Source: Podarcis pityusensis
Taxonomy: Eukaryota
DNA: 64,000 nucleotides
Assembly (NCBI GenBank): GCA_964106645.2
Contig: OZ067039.1
Reading direction: 5' to 3' (one strand)
Shown here piece after piece: positions 51,774 through 64,000 of this stretch. The first letter of the stretch is position 1, and each line of letters begins with the position of its first letter. The position numbers were made by a program, and so were the translations under genes. Under the pieces are notes generated by a model. It did no database searches. It was not told the origin of the DNA and worked only from the letters and a program-made list of their open reading frames with translations.

Positions 51774-52124
51774 AGGTAAAAGTAAAGGGACCCCTGACCA
51801 TTAGGTCCAGTCGTGACCGGCTTTGGGCTTGCGGCGCTCATCTTGCTTTATTGGCCGCAGGAGCCGGCGTACAGCTTCCGGGTCATGTGGACAGCATGAC
51901 GAAGCTGCTTCTGGCGAACCAGAGTAGCGCACGGAAACACTGTTTACCTTCCCACCAGAGCGGTACCTATTTATCTACTTGCACTTAGGAGTGCTTTCGA
52001 ACTGCTAGGTTGGCAGGAGCAGGGACCGAGCAACGGGAGCTCACCCTGTGGAGGGGATTTGAACCTCCGACCTTCCGATCGGCAAGTCCTAGGCTCTGTG
52101 GTTTAACCCACAGCGCCACCCCGC
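51774..52124 (-). mobile_element. Sauria (Squam1) SINE, near full length
   Basis: Colinear with 9495-9840. Confidence 0.95.
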
Positions 52125-52544
52125 TAAAGCCTCACAGCTCCTTCCCAAAGTCTGGCACCACCCTTACCTGTTTTTGGGAAGGCACTACAAAGATTGGGGG
52201 GGGGGCATTGTCAAATTTTGGCCTCACCCAGGGCGTCATTATTACCTAGGTCTGCCCCGGAACAAGGATCCATGTAATTATCTCTTTTAGTTAACATTTT
52301 GACAAATGAATTAAATTTTAACTATTTTAAGTGTGGGCTTATTCCCCAGCTAGTGGAATCTGCCAGACTGCGGATCCCGTCACTGACTGTAGCCAGATGC
52401 TGGCTTGCAATTTTTTGCTACCTACGTTCTTGCTGCTGTGAAGGTGACTATTTGGCAAAACTCGGGCCATGCAAAGCTTGCCCCTTCTTTCAGCTAAGCT
52501 TTATGAGTCCCTGAAACTCATATCTGAGCTCAGTAAGCTTAACC

Positions 52545-52548
<4 letters not shown>

Positions 52549-52580
<32 letters not shown>
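52549..52580. repeat. (GT)n microsatellite
   Basis: Directly visible. Confidence 0.98.
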
Positions 52581-52584
<4 letters not shown>

Positions 52585-53789
52585 GGATGTCTCTTCTGGT
52601 GTTTTATAAGCAGGGTAAAGCCTACATTTTTCAAAGGGGTTGTTCAGAGGCTATTATAGGCCTGTTGGAAGTGGTTTGTCCTTTGGTCTTTTAGTGAGAG
52701 AATGTTTATGGCTGTTGTGACATTGCTTGTTTCATGTTGAGTTTTACGGGTTTTACTGTTATTATTTTATTGTGATGCCTTTAAGTACGCCACACTAAGC
52801 CAACCCAAACAAACAAACCCCACGCCACATCTTTAACTAATAGCATTTTGTCATCTTCCTTTGAATGGCGCAGAGCAATTGAACAAAGGGATTATCCTCT
52901 CTCTCCCCACTTAAAATTAGTATGGAGCTGAGCTGTGGAATTTTTCAAGTTTAGACAATGGAGCAGCTGTGTAAAACAAGGCCCACCACATAGGATTTTG
53001 CTTGCTTCGGTTTAATACTAATGCATCTCAGTTCACTTGGGTAAGGTGTATCAAGTATAAAGGCCTGCCGCCAGGCTCTATCACTCTTGTTTCCATTAGT
53101 ATTAAGAGCGCTATCATTAGGCAGGCGAAAGAGCACTTGTCAAGTGTTGCATGGCCTATAGCCTGGGAGCTTTTACTTACAGCACCAGCCATACTATTCA
53201 GGGTGTCCTTTAAATGAGCAGAATCTCCATTCTTTAAACACTAAGGGTGGGAAAATAGCAATGGCTACCTGAAATAATTTAAATTGCAGAATCAACACAA
53301 TTCTTAATAAACGGCTGTTGCGTTTATTATGTATATAATATGTACATGTATATAAATGTATATTACATGCATATAAATGGAAAAAATATGCCTGCAGAAG
53401 TCAGAAAACCAAGCAAAGAGCCATGGATTTGCACACTGCTGCAGATTTCATTGTAAGACAGATGACAGATCTTTATCCCAAGCAGAGAGAAACTTACTCC
53501 TGGGTAAGTGGGGACAGAATTGCAACTTAAACTTGTTCATTTTTTTTAATAAGAGGAGAGAGAATGGAGAAAGGAGGAGAAAGAAGCAATGGTTAAAGAA
53601 GCTCACACGCTAGTCCAGTTGGTATATCACAGTGGTTGCTAGTTGCTAAATCTTAATAGAACACCAATAAAAAGTCAATGAATTATCTTTTACAAAACGT
53701 GCCAGACAAAAATTAACATCCAGAGCTGTTCCATCTTTTTGGCCAAGCCCTGGAATCTGTTAAGCACTGAATTCACATAGTGCCTGAAG

Positions 53790-53892
53790 GGTATCTCTAG
53801 ATAGGGTTGGGAAAAGCTCCACTTTGAAACACTGGAGACCTATTGCCAGTCAGTATACTGAGGCAGATGGACCAATGGTCCAGTTTGTTCCT
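53790..53892 (+). mobile_element. Squam3-type SINE 3' half
   Basis: agggttgggaaaag...ctggagac..ttgccagtcagt...agatggaccaatggtc. Confidence 0.65.
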
Positions 53893-56313
53893 TTGTTGCC
53901 AAGATCCCTTTCCTTCACCTTGGTGAAGCCATGGTTTTCAATCACTTGTTCCTATGGTAGAGAATAAAATTGATCTAATACATAATAATGACAATTGCAT
54001 TCAAAGAAAATTGAACTGCACACTTAGGATTATTCCCAATGCAACAATAACATTCAGAAATAATCCACATGCACAGAGTCTCAATCTTGCATATAGGAAG
54101 TTTTCAGCTATATTTTTAGCACTTTCTTCTCCAGATATTCTGAATATCTGAATTTGTCTGTCTGCAATATAATGCAGTCCCTGAACTCTGAAAAAAACAA
54201 TTTATTCTCAAGGAAGCAAACCACACATATTTTAAGCTACATGTTTGAGGTTTCTTTTGTTATCAGCTATTAATCCAAACTGAAACAGGAAAAAATCAGA
54301 ATCTATTAAAGATCACTGAAAACTTCAAAGGAACGAAAGTTAAGAAAAAATATATTCCAATTCTCAGCCCATGCAGCAAAGCACACATGAACAGTGGTCC
54401 AATAGCTGGTTATGGTGACTTCCAAGTGAGGTAGTTAAGATATTATTGCTTCTGTAAACTCTAAACTGAAGTTTAAAGTAGACATGTAATCTTCAACTCC
54501 CCAAACAGTCCAATTTGGCCACTAAAGATGCTGTTTTACATTTCCAAACATTTTTCCCTTGTTGCTACTTTTTATTCTTCAGTTTTCAGGTTGTAAGCAT
54601 TTGTTGCTTGCAAAGCAACTCCTTTTGAACGCAGAATCTTGGGAGGCATTTGTTACTAACTGCTAATGCAGCCTGCCAAGCAAGAACTCCCTGCTGGTGA
54701 CATGACCACCTAGTGACCTCTAAAAATGTTTTAACAATGTGAAAAATATCTCCCTCTCGTAGGAAACAGCAATTTTTTAAATTAAATGTACATTGAATGT
54801 TCGCTTACATACAGATAAATGATATTCAGAGTCACCTTCTCTGTTTCCAATTTTGGCCGTTTGAAACCCAGCCCAAAACTAAATAAATAAACGTTGATAC
54901 TAAGAGGAAACTAAGAGCTCTAGAGCCTTGTGATTTCACAAACAGCTTTTTTCCATTTTCTAAAATCTAAACTTTAAGCCAGACATAGAACAGGTAATGA
55001 AAAGAAACAAGTTTGGCAGCCCCTCTCTATGGCTCTTAGCTGAAAATAGATCAAGCCAAAATAAGTGGCTATAATTTGGCAGACTTAATGTCTTTAAAAG
55101 TCTGCAGTTTGTGAGGGTAAGAGTCAAACATATAATGTTTACAAATTGAAACACTATCTCTCTGTTGAAAAGACACAATGGTATACTTTCATCATCGTCA
55201 TCTCAGTTTTAAGCATTAGCTTAGCAAAGGATACAAATCTCTTATGTCTATATGTGCTATGGTAAACATCGTATGTTAAAACCAGTTTATGTTGCTTTGA
55301 GAGGTTTTATTTATATTGTTGGTTTTTTATCAGGTAATTGCCTTCATGGAAACCTAAATACAGGTCTTTGAATACAACCCCAGCACTCTTACTGACACAG
55401 GCTACTTACTGTCCCCCATCCCAGGACAGTCCTGGCTGTGCTCCCTACACTTCGGATGCTGCTTTAGCAAAAAAGGGTACAGATAGTGGTCTGTGCAGTT
55501 GTAGCTTGCCATGAAAAGCACAAAACAACTTCCACTTGTTGCTCTGGGCAAATGCAGATGACCAGCTTGCCACAGGCATGTCTTGTTGAAAACCCAAAGC
55601 GCAGGGAAACCTCTCCCAGTCTTTTCTTGTGTTCATCATCTGTCCATCTCCTTTACAGCTTCCCTACCAGAAGCTTCTTCACAGGAAGTTTTCTTTCAGC
55701 TGGGAATGCTCTCTTGCTTTCCCCTGTGGACCAGGAGCTGGGTTGCTTTACTGAAAGCACCTGCACCTGTCTGATCTACGTAGTTGAAAGTGTCATTTGC
55801 CAAAGGCTCATATGATGAGTTTTTCCAGCCACATCTGTGACCAGGCATCAGGAGTCAAATCCTCCGCCTGAGGTATGTCAGGTGCACAGTCAACCTGTAC
55901 ACCACCCAAACTTTTTTTGGGCACTTCTTCTGAAAAAGGAGAGGATGTTCGGGAAAGCAGCAAGACCAACCCATTCAATAGAAATAGGACAGAGGAGGTC
56001 ATGTAGTAAGATCTAACTCTACCAAAGCCTCCAAGTCAGGCTTCTTCTGCAGTATGAACCACCTGGAAACTCTGTGGCTGGTGGTCATAGTTGAAGTCTA
56101 GCTTCCTGCCACAGATCTGCTTCATGCCTCTGCCTATGCCACACTTTTGCTCAACTGATTCCTTCAATTTCATTGGAGGTGGCCTGTGACCAGGAACTCT
56201 GAACTTAGTCCATTTACAGTAATTTGCTGGCCTTTGATTATTTGGTTACCTGGTAGTCAGTGGAAGAATCACCTAAACTTCCCATGCTTTCCTGCCAAGA
56301 ATGCTCTGACTGC

Positions 56314-56345
<32 letters not shown>

Positions 56346-56427
56346 TTATTACGGTCGGAGACCAGCTTATAAAGCACACTTGGGGGTACAATCCCAGAAG
56401 GAAAACAAACATTTAAAACAATGTACA
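56314..56427 (-). mobile_element. Very short LINE 3' end with (TATC)n tail
   Basis: Reverse complement gctggtctccgaccgtAATAAAt(tatc)n; possible TSD actgcta at 56309-56315 and 56428-56434. Confidence 0.5.
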
Positions 56428-56495
56428 ACTGCTATGAGACTACAGTGGCAGTCCTAAGTGGTGTTGTTGCTGTTAGAGGGCTCCTTCTCCATCTA

Positions 56496-56497
<2 letters not shown>

Positions 56498-56533
<36 letters not shown>
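56498..56533. repeat. (GT)n microsatellite
   Basis: Directly visible. Confidence 0.98.
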
Positions 56534-56535
<2 letters not shown>

Positions 56536-56542
56536 ACTGTAA

Positions 56543-56629
56543 GGCTGCAATCCTTTACCCACTTACCTGGAAATTTAGCCCTTTGAACTTAACGGGACTT
56601 ATTTCTTTGTAGACATGTATAGGATTGCA
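56543..56629. repeat. About 90-bp imperfect palindromic ancient repeat (MITE-like)
   Basis: tgcaatcct...aggattgca ends; related copies near 4490, 13722, 30777, 33990 and 59440. Confidence 0.7.
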
Positions 56630-57439
56630 TGGTAAGAGTTGAAATTTACTTGAGGATAGAAACAAGAAGTTTATCACCGGAAACCCTGTCCTTTTAAATG
56701 CATTCAGTAGTTAATATAGCATCTGTTCATTCTGGCACATTCCTTTCTCAATTACCTGAATGATAGACACTTTTAGGTTTTATAGTACATTATAAACAAA
56801 AATGCACTTAGAGAGAGATAAAGTATATTTTCCTTCTGTAACAGAAAGAAAACAATTCTGCTCAGGTTCAGTGAGTTCTTCTTTGTCTACAATTCCTAAG
56901 TGCAATATCTTGGAGTCTCTTGCCTGTATGTTTAAAGTGTAGTAAATCACACCAATTACATTCTTCAGACTGAAATACTTTGTTTCAAGAGCAATAAAAC
57001 GCATTCCCAATCACTTGCCTAAAGGAGAAATAGCTTAAAGGTTATCAGGCAAGAGGAGATAACAAATTAACTCACAAAAAATTATGGGGTTTTTTTCACT
57101 GAGGGAAAAAATAAAATTAATTTGACTTCATTTCCATTGTTTGTTCTTCAACGAATAAACATACTAAAATGTGGAGATTTTAAACTAGGATTATATAAAA
57201 CTGCTCAATTTTTGCCTGAATCATCTCCAAAAAGGACAACTGTTTGCCACTTCTACAACTGGTATGGAGAGTGGGTGGGTCAGAATTGCAGTTCAAGATT
57301 GAGAAGAAGTCAGTCAGATAATACTAGTTACTTTAAATGAGTTCAAGTCTTTGAGGCCAGATGAACAGCATCACTAGGTACTAAAGAACACCGCTAATGC
57401 ATTTTTAGAACCTCTGTCTATCATTTTTTGAGAACTGCA

Positions 57440-57810
57440 GAAGGATGGGTGATGCATCACAGGACTGGACACAGGCAAATGCCCCAATCTTCAAAAAGCC
57501 AGAGGAGGGGGTGGAGATCAGGGAAACTACAGGCCAGCCAAACTGACTTCGATAGTAGGGAAGATATTAAGACAGATGATAAAGGAGCTTACGTAAATTT
57601 ATCTAGAGGATTAGACATATACATGGGGGATAAGACTATCAATGGCTACTAGTCATGATGGCTGTGTTCTACTTCCTATGCCTCTGAATGGTAGTTACCA
57701 GGAATAGCTAGTGGGGAGAGTGCTGTGGTGCTCAGGTGCTGCTTTCAGGCTTCCCATTGGTATCTGATTGGCCACTGCAAGAACAGAAAGCTGGTCTAAA
57801 TGGATCATGG
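57440..57810 (+). mobile_element. CR1 LINE remnant joining the RT-proximal region to the 3' end
   Basis: PIFKK...GNYRP..LTSIVGKIL-like segment directly followed by RGLDIYMGDKTINGY* and the CR1 3'UTR. Confidence 0.75.
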
Positions 57811-58599
57811 ATGCAATGCCATGCAACTCTGTAATAAACAAAACTTTGGGTGGCACATGGAAAGTCATGAGAAATGAAGTTAAGAGTAATCTTGGCATCT
57901 GTTCCTCACAGATGTAGCACACAATCAAAGTTCGGCTGTGTGTCTGTGTTAACTTACAGGGATCTTAGTATTATCCTCAAAAGGTACACATTTACCAATC
58001 CAAATGTTTCCATTTGAATCTGCTGGGAGTGTATTGCAAGGGTGAAGAAACAGGCCAGCTGGATAGACTTCACTGGTGGTCATTTTTTACCTGCAGAGTT
58101 TTTAGAACACAGCTGCCAAAACCTAGAATTCTATTCAGGGCTTCCTTTGGCAAATGCTTTACATTCTTTGAAGGTATTTCTGCATTTCACATTTCTAAGA
58201 GAGCTGTTAAATTTTGCTAGAAATTCTGGAGACTTTAACTAATTAAGACTTCCCTGTACTGCTACCAGCAGCAGAAATGTGTGAGCAAGGAGCTAGGCAA
58301 GACCTTCCTTCCTATTTCAATTCTGATTTGAGCTACAAAAAAGTTTGGGGGCTTTACAAGTTCACCTCTCATTTCAGTCCCTGAAGCAATACCAAGCTTG
58401 GCTTAGACAAACTTTGCTGCCATTGAAAAGATGGAAATTTAAAGATGGCCCCTGAATTTGTTTTAATTAAAAATTGAGGCCAACTATGTTTTGAGACTTA
58501 ATATATAAAGTTGTGTATTTTTCTGTGGGTCTTTAGGAGTTTTGTCTGCAGTGTTTTCAAAACAGGTGTTTTTATGGGCAAAATATCCAAGTTGAAATG

Positions 58600-58707
58600 T
58601 TAATAATAATAATAATAATTTATTTATACCCCGCCTATCTGGGGGGGCTCCCAATCGAGTGTTAAAAACAATACAGCATTAAATATTTAAAACTGCCCTA
58701 AACATAG
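58600..58707 (-). mobile_element. L2-related 3' end with (TTA)n tail
   Basis: (taa)n tttatttataccccgcc.atctgg ... ccctaaaca. Confidence 0.65.
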
Positions 58708-60954
58708 GGGGGAAAGGTTAGTATTACTGACTATGGAGTTCTATGAGAATGGTGGCAATGAGAGATTTATGTTCCTTTTTAATAGGTTTTTATATGTTTT
58801 AATGATGGTTTATTAATTGTTGTCCCATTTCTTGTAGAAAATCCTTCCAGGAAGGTCTGTTCTGGTATTAATAGAAAGTGCACTGCTATTTCTTCAGGAT
58901 TCTGAAGAACTGACCTTCTAGTGTCAGTGCTGGCATCGTGTGTCAAGAGTGTGACACATGCACAGCTGTTCCTCCTAGATCCTGGTGAGCTTAGGCACAT
59001 GCAGAGCCTTTGAGACATGACTTCCATTTGCACTGGAAAGGAGCAAATTTCTGCTTCACTCCTATGGCCCAATATTATGCTGTCCTCTCCAATTATCTAA
59101 TTATACCCTAGCTTTTTAAATTATAATTCCAGCTTCCCCTCACTAACCTTTGGTTCACTTGATTAAACTGTCCCAGTTAGTTATGAGTGAAATAGCCCAG
59201 AACTAAACAACTATCTCACCCAGCTGCTTGCATGCAGAATACCTTCTGAGCTCAGAAAGAATGCAGAGATGCTCTGCTAATGCCTTAGAAATGCAGCAGT
59301 TCCACTCGTGATTGCTACACGTTTCAGTAATAAAGTAGTTGTTGCTGAGCCAATACCATTATATTTAACTAACCATTCCAACCAATTGCTTACAGGTATT
59401 ATCATCTGGAAATTTTATTTCCCTGGCACTTTGACCCTGAAAACATTTACTTGGAAGTAAACTCAATTGCTTTGAATGGGACTTTTTACTGCCAAGTTAA
59501 GATTGCTCAGGAATGCAGCCACAATCAATTTAACATAGGCAAAACAGCCAAGCCACATTGCTCGACCCATTTCTGCATCTCAGAGATTATGACTTTTCTG
59601 CTGACAGAATTTATGGAGATGCAGTGATTCAATATTAAGAGCCTTCTGTTAACAGGCTGTGTTCTCAATGACCTTGCTCTTTGCTCTTTCATTATTTACA
59701 TTTTCTTCTACAGTATGTCGCTAATTCCCAAAGTGTCCCCAGGGGAATATCACTGTTTTTCAAGTCAGATTGGCCTGTTGAACTTTATAAAACGTTATAT
59801 GAACTAGCAAAATTGGTTATTCTGATGTTAATCTAGTCTTTTTTTATTTATTTTTAAAATAGCATGAATAATTGTGACATATAGAGTAGCTTTTTCTTGT
59901 TAAGGACAGTAAAAACAGCAGCATCCTTTTGCTATCCTTAATCTCTGCTCCTGTGTGTATTTACAAGTCATTCATTGCCATGGTATCTACCAACACTAGG
60001 CAAAGATAAAATGGCATAAAACAAAACCCAAGAAACAAACCCAATACAAAAAGAAAACTGGCCAGCTGGCAAACTACTCAAGATTTCACAAACCTCATTC
60101 AAGGGCAAACAGTCTTGTAGATGTCTGCTTTCTGCTTGTTTTCAGACATTCTGTCTACTATTTATCTTCAAGACTGTGCAGAGTGAAGACAGGCAAACTT
60201 TGCTTTGTTCCTTCTCCTGCTCCTCTAAAAGAGGTCCATAAATGCTATTACAAAGAGTAGGTTTTGCAGAATGCATTTGCAAAAACAAAAAAACAAAAAA
60301 ACAAAAACCCAGACTGTATAGCTCAACCGTAAGCAGAATCTATTTCTTTCTTACAGCTTCAGACTATACCAGCCTTCCTCCAAGGACCTCATAGTATACA
60401 CCTGGTGATTACTCTATTTTATATCTTGAACAAAGGGGTGGGCTGAGACATAATAACTGGTCCACTCACCCACCGAGTGTATGCCTAAGTCGCTATTTGA
60501 ACCCACATCTGCTTCATATTGGCTCTAGAACAAACAGTCTAGGTCTTGTACAGAAGATGGAAAATGATACAATTCCTTCTTGGAAGTCTTGCAATCTGAA
60601 CTAGAAAGACAATACGGGGTGTGAGAGCAGTCATGGTAGATGAAGTGGGACTGAAGACAGAAGGAAGCATATGGTGACACAATGTGGGTAGGGTTTGCTA
60701 AGTATTGAGATCACGCATGAGGAAAGAAAGAAAGGAAAATGGTTTTGTGAACTGGAGAACAGACTTGGGGAGATACATGGTTTGGTGAACTGAGAAGGGA
60801 AGGTCACCCTAGGCCTACGGAACTGCATGACATACAGAGTCATTCTGTCAAAGAAAGATAAAATTGGTTCATGTGCAGATTTTGAAACTATTCATATGCT
60901 ACAAAGTCATAGAATGGTTTCTGGCTTCAAATAGCTTGCTCCTGAGTAATGCCA

Positions 60955-61356
60955 ATTAGAAATGGATACATCTGCTGATTTCAGTTTCTATACATTTCTA
61001 ATGTTCCCTGTCTTAAGTTCAGCTCTCCACACCCCTGTCTCAGTTTGTGAAACTTTTTTTAAAGTCCTTGTGAAAATTCAACATTATTGTGCAAATTTCT
61101 CCTAAAACACACATTTATGCCTGCAATTTTGCCTGACGTACATTTTTGCAAGTCATTTCCCCTAATGTATGCATTTTATGCACACTGCCCCTTAATATAT
61201 ACAGTTTGTATATGTTATGTGGTTAAAGAACTACGTTTCAAAATTTGGAGAAGTGCAAATTTCAAATAATGGCTGTGTTTTGGTTCACATATGGTTTGGG
61301 GATGTGTTTTATGTTTTCATAAAAATTCAAACCAAGCCAGAATTCTTCCCCATCCA
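60955..61356. mobile_element. Diverged non-autonomous DNA transposon (hAT-like)
   Basis: Ends ttcttccccatcc; internal cctaa...cattttt repeats; related tagggatg-starting remnants at 16587 and 28319. Confidence 0.5.
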
Positions 61357-61615
61357 CAGACGCAGTGAATGTACCAGAACTTCATGAGATATATGCATAT
61401 ATCCTTCAAGACATAAATAGACATCTAATATATGAATACTTGTATTGGCTGGATATCTTACAAAACAATTCCTGCTACAACTCCCATAATTTGAACTTTG
61501 AAATACCAGAGCTGAATTTGGCCCAGAACACTCACTATAACATTTTTAAAGGTTTATAGACATGTCCCCTATACAGAATCGTAAAACAATCTTCCTGTTC
61601 ATCTAGGCAAGACAC

Positions 61616-61616
61616 A

Positions 61617-61652
<36 letters not shown>
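61616..61652. repeat. (CT)n microsatellite
   Basis: Directly visible. Confidence 0.95.
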
Positions 61653-61655
<3 letters not shown>

Positions 61656-62025
61656 GGAACTAAAGCACTATAAATCATGATTGTTTTTCATCTATTACTT
61701 TTTCAAAACCAAGCTTCCATCAGAGAATTTGTTGTCTCAGCCTGATAGTATAAAATGTTTGAGAATAATGAAATGTGGATGAAATTTCACCTACTGAAAA
61801 CCTTGTTAGATGGTGCTAAACACAGTTTGCACTGAAGATCAGAATGTGGCCTCTGTGAATGAAATGTGTCCTGTGCTGCTCCAGCACAAGAATAGCAGCA
61901 CCATTTGAACAACTTAGGAAAGCTGCACTACTCGGTACCACTGAAACTTCAGCTGAGCTCAGCTGAATTCCCAAAAGATATTAACAAGTTTGAAAGAGAT
62001 TTAGGGAAAAAAGCAAAGGCGATAT

Positions 62026-62451
62026 TGTTGCACGCCAACCCAATCGCCAAGCGGAGTAAGGTTCCAGGGGGTTCCAGGAGCTTACCAGGGTTCGTGTTTC
62101 CTTTGGAAATGAGGCACAGTGGAGACTGTGGTGTCTTTATAATATATGGTTTATTTACACATACATACAACTGGAGCCTACGATGGAGAGATTCACAGCA
62201 TTAACACCCCAAAAGGGTCGTGTTTCTCCCATAGCCACAGCCTTGGAAACAAACAGAAACCAAACACTGCTCTGACTCTCTTAAGCTTGCTGCTTTTTCC
62301 TCTGGCTCACAGTACTGAACTCTCAACTCTCACCTTTGTCTGGCCCACCCACTTGCCGTTTTACCCAGATCCACTTTCCTCTTTCCCTTAATGGTCCATC
62401 ACCTGGGCTACCACATCAACATGGGAAGCTAACCTGGTTTATATATTAACA
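62026..62451 (-). mobile_element. Possible solo LTR
   Basis: TGTT...AACA ends; minus-strand AATAAA near 62150; some CpG retained; TSD only partial (gatat/cttat). Confidence 0.4.
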
Positions 62452-62527
62452 CTTATTGGGTCCAGGGGTTAGAAGGGTCTCTGCATACAGCCTACTTCCC
62501 CTTACCCCAAATTCTGCCATACCCAAA

Positions 62528-62735
62528 AACATGAGAAGAGCCCTGCTGGATCAGACCAAAGACCCATCTAGCACAGCATCTTCTCACAGTGACCAACCAG
62601 ATGCCTATGGGAAGCCCCCAATAAAGTCATGAGCACAGCAGCACTCTCTACACTTGTGCTCCCCAGCAACTGATATCCAGAGGCATACTATCCCTGACAC
62701 TGAAGGCAGGACACAACCTTCAAGACTGGTGGTCT
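62528..62735 (-). mobile_element. CR1 LINE 3'UTR fragment
   Basis: aacatgagaagagccctgctggatcagaccaaagacccatctag...; homologous to 5444-5600. Confidence 0.8.
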
Positions 62736-63406
62736 TGAACAATTGAAATTCTTTAAAACGCTTGCCAGCAATCTTGCCACCTACAAGGTCTTTGCAAATG
62801 GCACACCTGCATGATGGTAGACCACAATCTCCAGATATGTCACACCATCAGTTGCTCAAGCATCTGAAAAAGGGGGGCACGCTCCATAGTCAGCAGGCAT
62901 GCAGATTAGCCCTGAACCAGAAGAGGGGAGAAGGGAGGCATGCCTCTATGAAGCCATCAGTTACAGTAGGCATGCACTGGACATAGTTTCTAAGGCTCAT
63001 TGGGCCACAGCAACAAAAAAGGAAGCTGCAAGTGCAGAGAAACATTTGATATTCTACATGATTTCTAAAGAAAGGTCAAATGAAGGCTTCCCACTGCTAC
63101 AATAGTCCAACCAGTTTTATTGTACCTCCCCCACTGGTGCTTCCTTAATAAATGTACGTTTTCTGCTTTTATAGTAATATCCCTTTGTTTCTTGATAATT
63201 CTGGGGTGGTACTGATTCCTAAGCCCAACTAACAGCATTTGTGAGTCTGGTCTCTTAGCCCCAAGGAATTGTGATTGACATACATACATCACTCTTTTAA
63301 GGTTCACCCAGAATATTGTAGGCCACCTGACTAGGTGAATATAGATACTACTGCACAGAGTATAAAGCTATATAAGTGGTAAAAGGACAGGACAGGGTAA
63401 AGGGTG

Positions 63407-63549
63407 ATCATAGAACTTTAGAGATGGAAGGGGCCTTGAGGATCATCTAGCCCAACCCCCAGCAATGCAAGAATATGCAGCTGTCCCCCACAGGGATCAA
63501 ACCTGCAACCTCGGTGTTATCAGACCACACTCTAACCAACTGAGCTATC
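63407..63549 (-). mobile_element. tRNA-Ile-derived SINE with CR1-like tail (POM/Squam2 type)
   Basis: Colinear with 556-704 over about 145 bp. Confidence 0.85.
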
Positions 63550-64000
63550 GTTTTCAAAGGGTGCCTAAGGAAGTATTATTCATCATATTCCACTGAAAGC
63601 ATCATATTCCACTACAAGTTAAAAATGGATTGATATTAAACATTGGGCAGGGGGACAGTAACATAGACATGTTGCCTTGGTACACTGGTGAAGCTTTTGC
63701 CTTGGACGGGCCGCAAGCAAAGAGTGCACATCTTAGTTGCATGTGTTTGAATACCTGTACCCAAAACAACCCCACAAATTGTCCTATGCATACTAAAAGA
63801 ACACCTGAGGGACCTGCGGGAACAGTGCTGGTCAGGTCCAGCCCCACCACAGATATGCCCAGTGGCCACACACCCCTGCTGTCCATTCATTTGGCCAGAT
63901 TGTGAAGTGGCTCTACACATGTGCGCATGTGCTGCTCCTGCACACGAGAGGGAAGCTATTCTTTCAATGCATGTGAGGTGCCTTTTGTGGGACTCAAAAA

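Noticed and set aside
40254-64000. The preceding ERC2 exon (ending ...LEEILEMK)
   Set aside because: Not found by eye; probably lies beyond the window.

Overview
Vertebrate genomic DNA, most likely a lacertid lizard. This is inferred from Sauria/Squam1 SINEs, tRNA-Ile-headed POM/Squam2-type SINEs, Squam3, BovB and CR1 repeats. The window covers the 3' part of the presynaptic active-zone gene ERC2 (CAST1/ELKS2) on the minus strand. Three coding exons splice in frame: 40106-40253 (QEALLAAISEKD...HQLKQQ), 23301-23435 (TQNRMKLMADNYDDD-polyHis-...RPSPEQ) and 13405-13431 (DDEEGIWA*, the RIM PDZ-binding C-terminus). The last one is probably a 67-nt exon followed by a 3'UTR intron. The rest is intronic sequence dense in SINE/LINE fragments, hAT and Tc1/mariner MITEs, and microsatellites. 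Apart from ERC2, the ORF-track entries are random or repeat-derived. I found no convincing wholly new system. The best leads are the regulatory architecture around the IWA stop exon and the inverted repeats flanking the ERC2 exons. Repeat family names come from recalled consensus features, not database searches, and repeat boundaries are approximate unless a TSD is given.
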